Virus record (IMG/VR): IMGVR_UViG_3300020473_000011
Coordinates: 62,001-126,000 of that record
DNA: 64,000 nucleotides
Reading direction: 5' to 3' (one strand)
Both the position numbers and the translations under genes were made by a program. Below, piece after piece: positions 60,215-64,000 of this stretch (the first letter of the stretch is position 1; every line of letters begins with the position of its first letter). The notes beneath the pieces are model-generated. The model searched no databases. It was not told the DNA's origin and saw nothing but the letters and a program-made list of their open reading frames with translations.

Positions 60215-60756
60215 TACTCCGAAAAAGGTTTGCTAGTGAAGCCTAGCACGCCGTAGTCTTTAAGTGTTACCACTTGTGTGTCCCAATTAATACGCTCATC
60301 GTAGCCGTATTCCTTGAACTCTAGTGACTCAACCGTAACGGGTACTGTCAGAAACGAGTAACGCTTTTTGATAGCGTCCACCAGCGCTTCTTTGCTTGAT
60401 ACTTCAACAGCCAGCTCAAGTGAGCCTTCTAGGTTTGGGCGATGTGGTCGGAAGATGACGGCACCCGCTTTTGACTTAGACTTGGCCAGCGAAGCTTCAT
60501 AGCGTGCCTTGAATAAGTACGAGTCCTCACATAAGACCTCGATACCTGCATCGGTCAGGATATATTTGCCTGTGCTACTACTGTTAGCTACATTGGCCAC
60601 TAAGCCACGCTTTAAAAGTGCTTCTAGTATACGCACGGTACCGCTTTTGGTATTCCAAAGCCAACCACAGCCTGCATACCAGCCATGATGTCTGTAAAGA
60701 GAGTTCAGCATGTCTAGCTGCGTTTTGCCTAAGCCGTTTTTGTTCACTTCTGCCAT
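60214..60756 (-). CDS. two-domain protein with N-terminal winged-helix-like domain
   Basis: T.RILEALLKRGLV...YILTDAG; C-terminal YGYDERINWDT. Confidence 0.7.
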   Translation of the reverse strand: MAEVNKNGLGKTQLDMLNSLYRHHGWYAGCGWLWNTKSGTVRILEALLKRGLVANVANSSSTGKYILTDAGIEVLCEDSYLFKARYEASLAKSKSKAGAVIFRPHRPNLEGSLELAVEVSSKEALVDAIKKRYSFLTVPVTVESLEFKEYGYDERINWDTQVVTLKDYGVLGFTSKPFSE

Positions 60757-60786
60757 GAGGGCTACTCCGTATCAATTAATAGCGTC

Positions 60787-60848
60787 ATTATATACATCGT
60801 TGTACAATGATTGCAACAGTTAATTGCCCAAAAACGACTGCGCCCCAG
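60787..60848 (-). promoter_or_regulatory. promoter: box A in spacer, box B upstream
   Basis: TTGCAA-box A-TATATAAT; AAAAACGACTGCGCCCCAG 60830-60848. Confidence 0.8.
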
Positions 60849-60906
60849 TCTTTTACAACTAGGGCGCGGGTCAGGTAAGGTCAGGTCAGGTGCCAGCCAC
60901 CAAGGG

Positions 60907-61227
60907 CTAGTAGCTGTGATACACGTGGTAGTAGGTTTCTGTCAGCGCCCCTGCATGGCACGCAGCGGCAACAACGTCATGGATGTGAAAGCCTGTATAG
61001 TTACCACTTGGTAGGCTACGCGCGAGCAGTTGTGCTTTGCTGAGTGTCACGTCGACGTCAACGGCTGCAAAAGCCGCTGACTGGCCAGTGCAATCCCAAG
61101 GCGTGTCAGGTTGAAGAACAAGGGTATCAGCCTCGAAGGTATCACTCAGGAAGTTAATAAGCCATTCTTTAAGTGATTCACCGTCGATGCACGTTGGGTT
61201 AGATACTTCGATTGATACACTCATCAT
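60907..61227 (-). CDS. hypothetical protein
   Basis: TAATG coupling. Confidence 0.7.
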   Translation of the reverse strand: MMSVSIEVSNPTCIDGESLKEWLINFLSDTFEADTLVLQPDTPWDCTGQSAAFAAVDVDVTLSKAQLLARSLPSGNYTGFHIHDVVAAACHAGALTETYYHVYHSY

Positions 61228-61484
61228 TAAAGCTTAATAATACGGTAAGTCCAATCGGCACCACGTACACTGCCTTCTTGCTTAGCTTCTTCTAAGTCGT
61301 CAGCGTCGTAATTGTAAAGGCGGATGCAGCCCTTGTCTTTAATCTCTTGCTTTGCCACGCTAAGCGTTACTTCGCTACCGTTAGCCGTTGTGTAACCTTT
61401 TGCGTAATCAACAATGCCTTTGTAACCGTCAATGCGTGTTACGTCATAGCCTTCGTCTACCGCTGCGAAAATTGTTGCTGCCAT
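61227..61484 (-). CDS. hypothetical protein
   Basis: operon ORF. Confidence 0.7.
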   Translation of the reverse strand: MAATIFAAVDEGYDVTRIDGYKGIVDYAKGYTTANGSEVTLSVAKQEIKDKGCIRLYNYDADDLEEAKQEGSVRGADWTYRIIKL

Positions 61485-61533
61485 TGCCCTGTCCCTTTAA
61501 TGTTTTGAAAATTGTTCTGAGTCACGTAGGCGC

Positions 61534-61689
61534 TTACAGCGTCTCTACGTAACCACCCACTGATCTTGCCGCGCGTGATGCTGTTTCGTAGCATGTAAAG
61601 CGCGTTGCTTGGTTGTGGTCATACGTATGAAAACCACGCTCGTCTACAAACCATCGGCCTGATTTTGGATCATGAATAAAATAGCGCAT
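61534..61689 (-). CDS. small hypothetical protein (51 aa)
   Basis: ATG 61689 (MRYFIHD) downstream of promoter. Confidence 0.65.
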   Translation of the reverse strand: MRYFIHDPKSGRWFVDERGFHTYDHNQATRFTCYETASRAARSVGGYVETL

Positions 61690-61726
61690 TGTGTAAACCT
61701 GTTTAAGTAATGAGTTGATGAGACCT

Positions 61727-61786
61727 AGTATAAATCGTTGTACAACGATTGCAAGCATTAATTTCACAAAAACGACTGCACCGCAG
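61727..61786 (-). promoter_or_regulatory. promoter with perfect 18 bp box A and box B upstream
   Basis: AATCGTTGTACAACGATT 61733-61750; TTGCAA-16-TATACT; AAAAACGACTGCACCGCAG 61768-61786. Confidence 0.9.
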
Positions 61787-61916
61787 GCGTCTGCACCATT
61801 AGGGTCTGAGCAACTAAGCAGGCTGAGGTCGCAAAAAAAATTAAAACAAAAAGGCCACCCGAAGGCAGCCTTTCTACTTGGCATGTTGTGTTTGGCTTGT
61901 CTGTGCTAATTAAAGA

Positions 61917-62285
61917 CTAGTGACCAAAGGCATACAGTGGCTTAACGTCGCACTCGAAGTCAGCAAACTTGTACGCGTTGTACTGCCTTTGAAGTTCTAA
62001 CCACGTGCCCATACCTATCCCTGTTGCTTTAGCGAGACGCACAGCGAACGCAGGCTCGATATTCACCTTCTCATTAAGGAAGTTAGACAGGTGCTTCGGC
62101 GTGACGCCTAGGTGCTCGGCCACGGCTTTATTCGTCATATTGCCTACACGCGTTAGGCAATGGCGTTTAAAGAAATCAGACGGGTGTTTACGGAACCCAC
62201 CGTCTGGGCGCTTCTTAACCTCTAGGCCGTCAAGCGGCAAACGAGGTGCCAGCTTAACGAAGTCAGGAAATGTAGAGTTAGTCAT
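61917..62285 (-). CDS. higA: HigA-family antitoxin (XRE HTH)
   Basis: HP..F...L, VAEHLGVT..HLS..LNEK..I...A.RL.KA.G....WLELQ..Y; AGGAGG RBS. Confidence 0.85.
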   Translation of the reverse strand: MTNSTFPDFVKLAPRLPLDGLEVKKRPDGGFRKHPSDFFKRHCLTRVGNMTNKAVAEHLGVTPKHLSNFLNEKVNIEPAFAVRLAKATGIGMGTWLELQRQYNAYKFADFECDVKPLYAFGH

Positions 62286-62295
62286 TGTGAACCTC

Positions 62296-62661
62296 CTATG
62301 GCTCGTTTTTGTGCAGTTGCACTTCGATTTTGTACAGGCGGTCAGGCTCTATCTCAAAGTCAGTCTTGATGTCGGACTTTGCCAGTACAGAGCCGAGTAC
62401 GCAAACAAAGGTAATTGCAGCAAGTGGCTCAGCGCCGTTGATTGTGATCACCGCACAATAGCGGTCAGGATCAGACGCATCGTGATTGTATGAAGGAAGG
62501 TCTTGCAGTTCCTCAATCTCTTGAATGGCATCAAGATCATTAAGGATGTCGTATGCCTTTACCTGTACAAGATACGGCGCGTCTATCAAACGGTACGAGT
62601 CAGGCTGCTGTTCAAAGAACGCAGCTTCTAGGTCTTTCGAAATAAAGTGGATTACTGCCAA
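62296..62661 (-). CDS. divergent HigB/RelE-like toxin candidate
   Basis: I.F..KDLE..F, IL..LDA...EL..P.Y.H; upstream of higA. Confidence 0.55.
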   Translation of the reverse strand: MAVIHFISKDLEAAFFEQQPDSYRLIDAPYLVQVKAYDILNDLDAIQEIEELQDLPSYNHDASDPDRYCAVITINGAEPLAAITFVCVLGSVLAKSDIKTDFEIEPDRLYKIEVQLHKNEP

Positions 62662-62693
62662 GTGTGTCGCCCTTATTTAGTTGATTATTGCTG

Positions 62694-62763
62694 TTAACCT
62701 TTGAGGTTATCTTAGCAAGGCACACGGGTACCGTCAATTAAAATTAACCTTAGAGGTTATCTT
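62694..62763 (-). promoter_or_regulatory. higBA-like promoter with two palindromic operators
   Basis: TTAACCTT(T/A)GAGGTTATCTT at 62694 and 62744; TTGACG-17-TAAGAT between them. Confidence 0.75.
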
Positions 62764-62929
62764 TTGGGTCTGACCCGAGGACAGACAGGTCAGCACCATT
62801 AGGCTGTGCTACTTGGGTTACTGCAAGTTGTACTCTGTAATGTACAAGGCGATGTACAAAGCCGCTGGTTTCTACTTGGATGGGGTGAGCCTGCCCCGAG
62901 GTCAGACGGGGCAAAAGAGGTGAACAGCC

Positions 62930-64000
62930 CTACTTAGGTTCGAACTGTTTGTGACAGGTGATGATATGGTCGGCCAAGACAGGGTCTAGTTTGTGCTCTT
63001 TGGCCAAGTCGCCGAATTTAGCGACTGCATTACGTACCTCGTCGATGATGGTCTCGGCGCGGCGCTTAGGCACATTACAGTACTGGGCAAACGCGTGTAT
63101 ATCATCCAGCGTATGACCAGCACTCTTACCATTCAGCGTCAGCTGGTGGCTCTTCGTCCAGCGCCCGCTAGGGTCGTATGAGAATGTCATATCGTAAGCA
63201 GGTGATAAAGACCACTGGCCACGTTTGTTCATCAAAAAGCCGAAGTTCTTAGAGTGGTCGTCAAAGTTAACTGCAAAGTGATTGAACACCGTGCGTCGAA
63301 ACTGTTGCTCAATATCAACTTGCGGTAGTCTTAATTCTCGCATCGACATAATCAATTGTTCGTAGCTATACGCGGCGACATCATCACGGTCGATATGCGC
63401 CAGCCCGCACCAGCTAACGAAATGTACCTTATTGCCACGCTCATCACGGTCGAAGCGCTCGGTAACAAAGTGGCGGGCGCTGCCATCATCCAGTAGCTCA
63501 CAATGCGCCATGTTGATCCCCGCCTCTGCGCACAGTAGCGAATAGATGTATTCAACCACCGTCATATCATTCGGGTCGACGCCGTCTCGGTCTTTATTAT
63601 TAGATATTCCATCGAACTTAATAAGATAGTAGCCAAAACCCTCGGGTGCTTTTACTTGGCCTGAGCGAACTTCGTTACGCTCTTTGTGCCATGCAATCAA
63701 TGCCTTTGCTCGTGCGCCACCAGCCCCTGACGTACCAACACGAATAGCATCACTTAGGTTATCATGCTGATCTGCGGCCAGTGTTGTCTGGAACGCTTCA
63801 CGCTCATTAACGATGTCATTCGCGAACTGGGCAAGGTCGGCCACGTCGAACGCTTCACTTGTTTCCAGTGCACGTGATGACGGGTCGAACTCAAGTGCAC
63901 CCATACCACGCTGACCGATGTAGCATAGTTTCTCTACAGGGTTCAACGAGTCGGGCTTGCGACCGTTCTTGGCCAACCACTGGTTAATGATTTTGTTACC
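62930..64000 (-). CDS. hipA: HipA-family Ser/Thr kinase toxin (5' end beyond window)
   Basis: RGMGALEF, GTSGAGGARAK P-loop, LIKFD, ERFDR, N.DDHSKNF, LSPAYD; frame open to the edge. Confidence 0.92.
   Translation of the reverse strand, partial: GNKIINQWLAKNGRKPDSLNPVEKLCYIGQRGMGALEFDPSSRALETSEAFDVADLAQFANDIVNEREAFQTTLAADQHDNLSDAIRVGTSGAGGARAKALIAWHKERNEVRSGQVKAPEGFGYYLIKFDGISNNKDRDGVDPNDMTVVEYIYSLLCAEAGINMAHCELLDDGSARHFVTERFDRDERGNKVHFVSWCGLAHIDRDDVAAYSYEQLIMSMRELRLPQVDIEQQFRRTVFNHFAVNFDDHSKNFGFLMNKRGQWSLSPAYDMTFSYDPSGRWTKSHQLTLNGKSAGHTLDDIHAFAQYCNVPKRRAETIIDEVRNAVAKFGDLAKEHKLDPVLADHIITCHKQFEPK

Overview
Gene-dense 64 kb segment (about 105 mostly short CDS, few with recognisable function) of a large mobile replicon. 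It is most consistent with a jumbo phage or phage-plasmid of a gammaproteobacterium (inference: no capsid, terminase, polymerase, integrase, Rep, rRNA or tRNA genes were recognised in this window). Content: (1) a 15 kb minus-strand operon (4025-18896) of about 16 paralogous virion/fibre-like proteins, including two recent duplicate pairs that differ in loop-like blocks; (2) many cassettes of small hypothetical genes, often tandem paralogs; (3) recognisable genes: PAPS-reductase-family protein, XRE repressor, orphan HipB-like and HicB-like antitoxin domains, macrodomain, Kef-type CPA2 antiporter, ParB-N/DGQHR protein, HExxH metallopeptidase, Acb2/Tad1-like hairpin protein, radical SAM protein, HigBA-like pair and a HipA kinase truncated by the window edge. 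The strongest signal is non-coding. About 24 copies of a palindromic box AATCGTTGTACAA(T/C)GATT overlap sigma70-type promoters. They are paired with a second box (C/T)TGC-N3-GCAG, which sits either at a near-invariant position around -61 or over the -35. The half-site of the second box (AAAA(G)ACGACTGCA) is amplified into phased direct-repeat arrays at 22.5-25.6 kb. This suggests a replicon-wide two-factor regulon tied to a centromere- or origin-like locus. All motif counts and family calls were made by eye and need computational confirmation.
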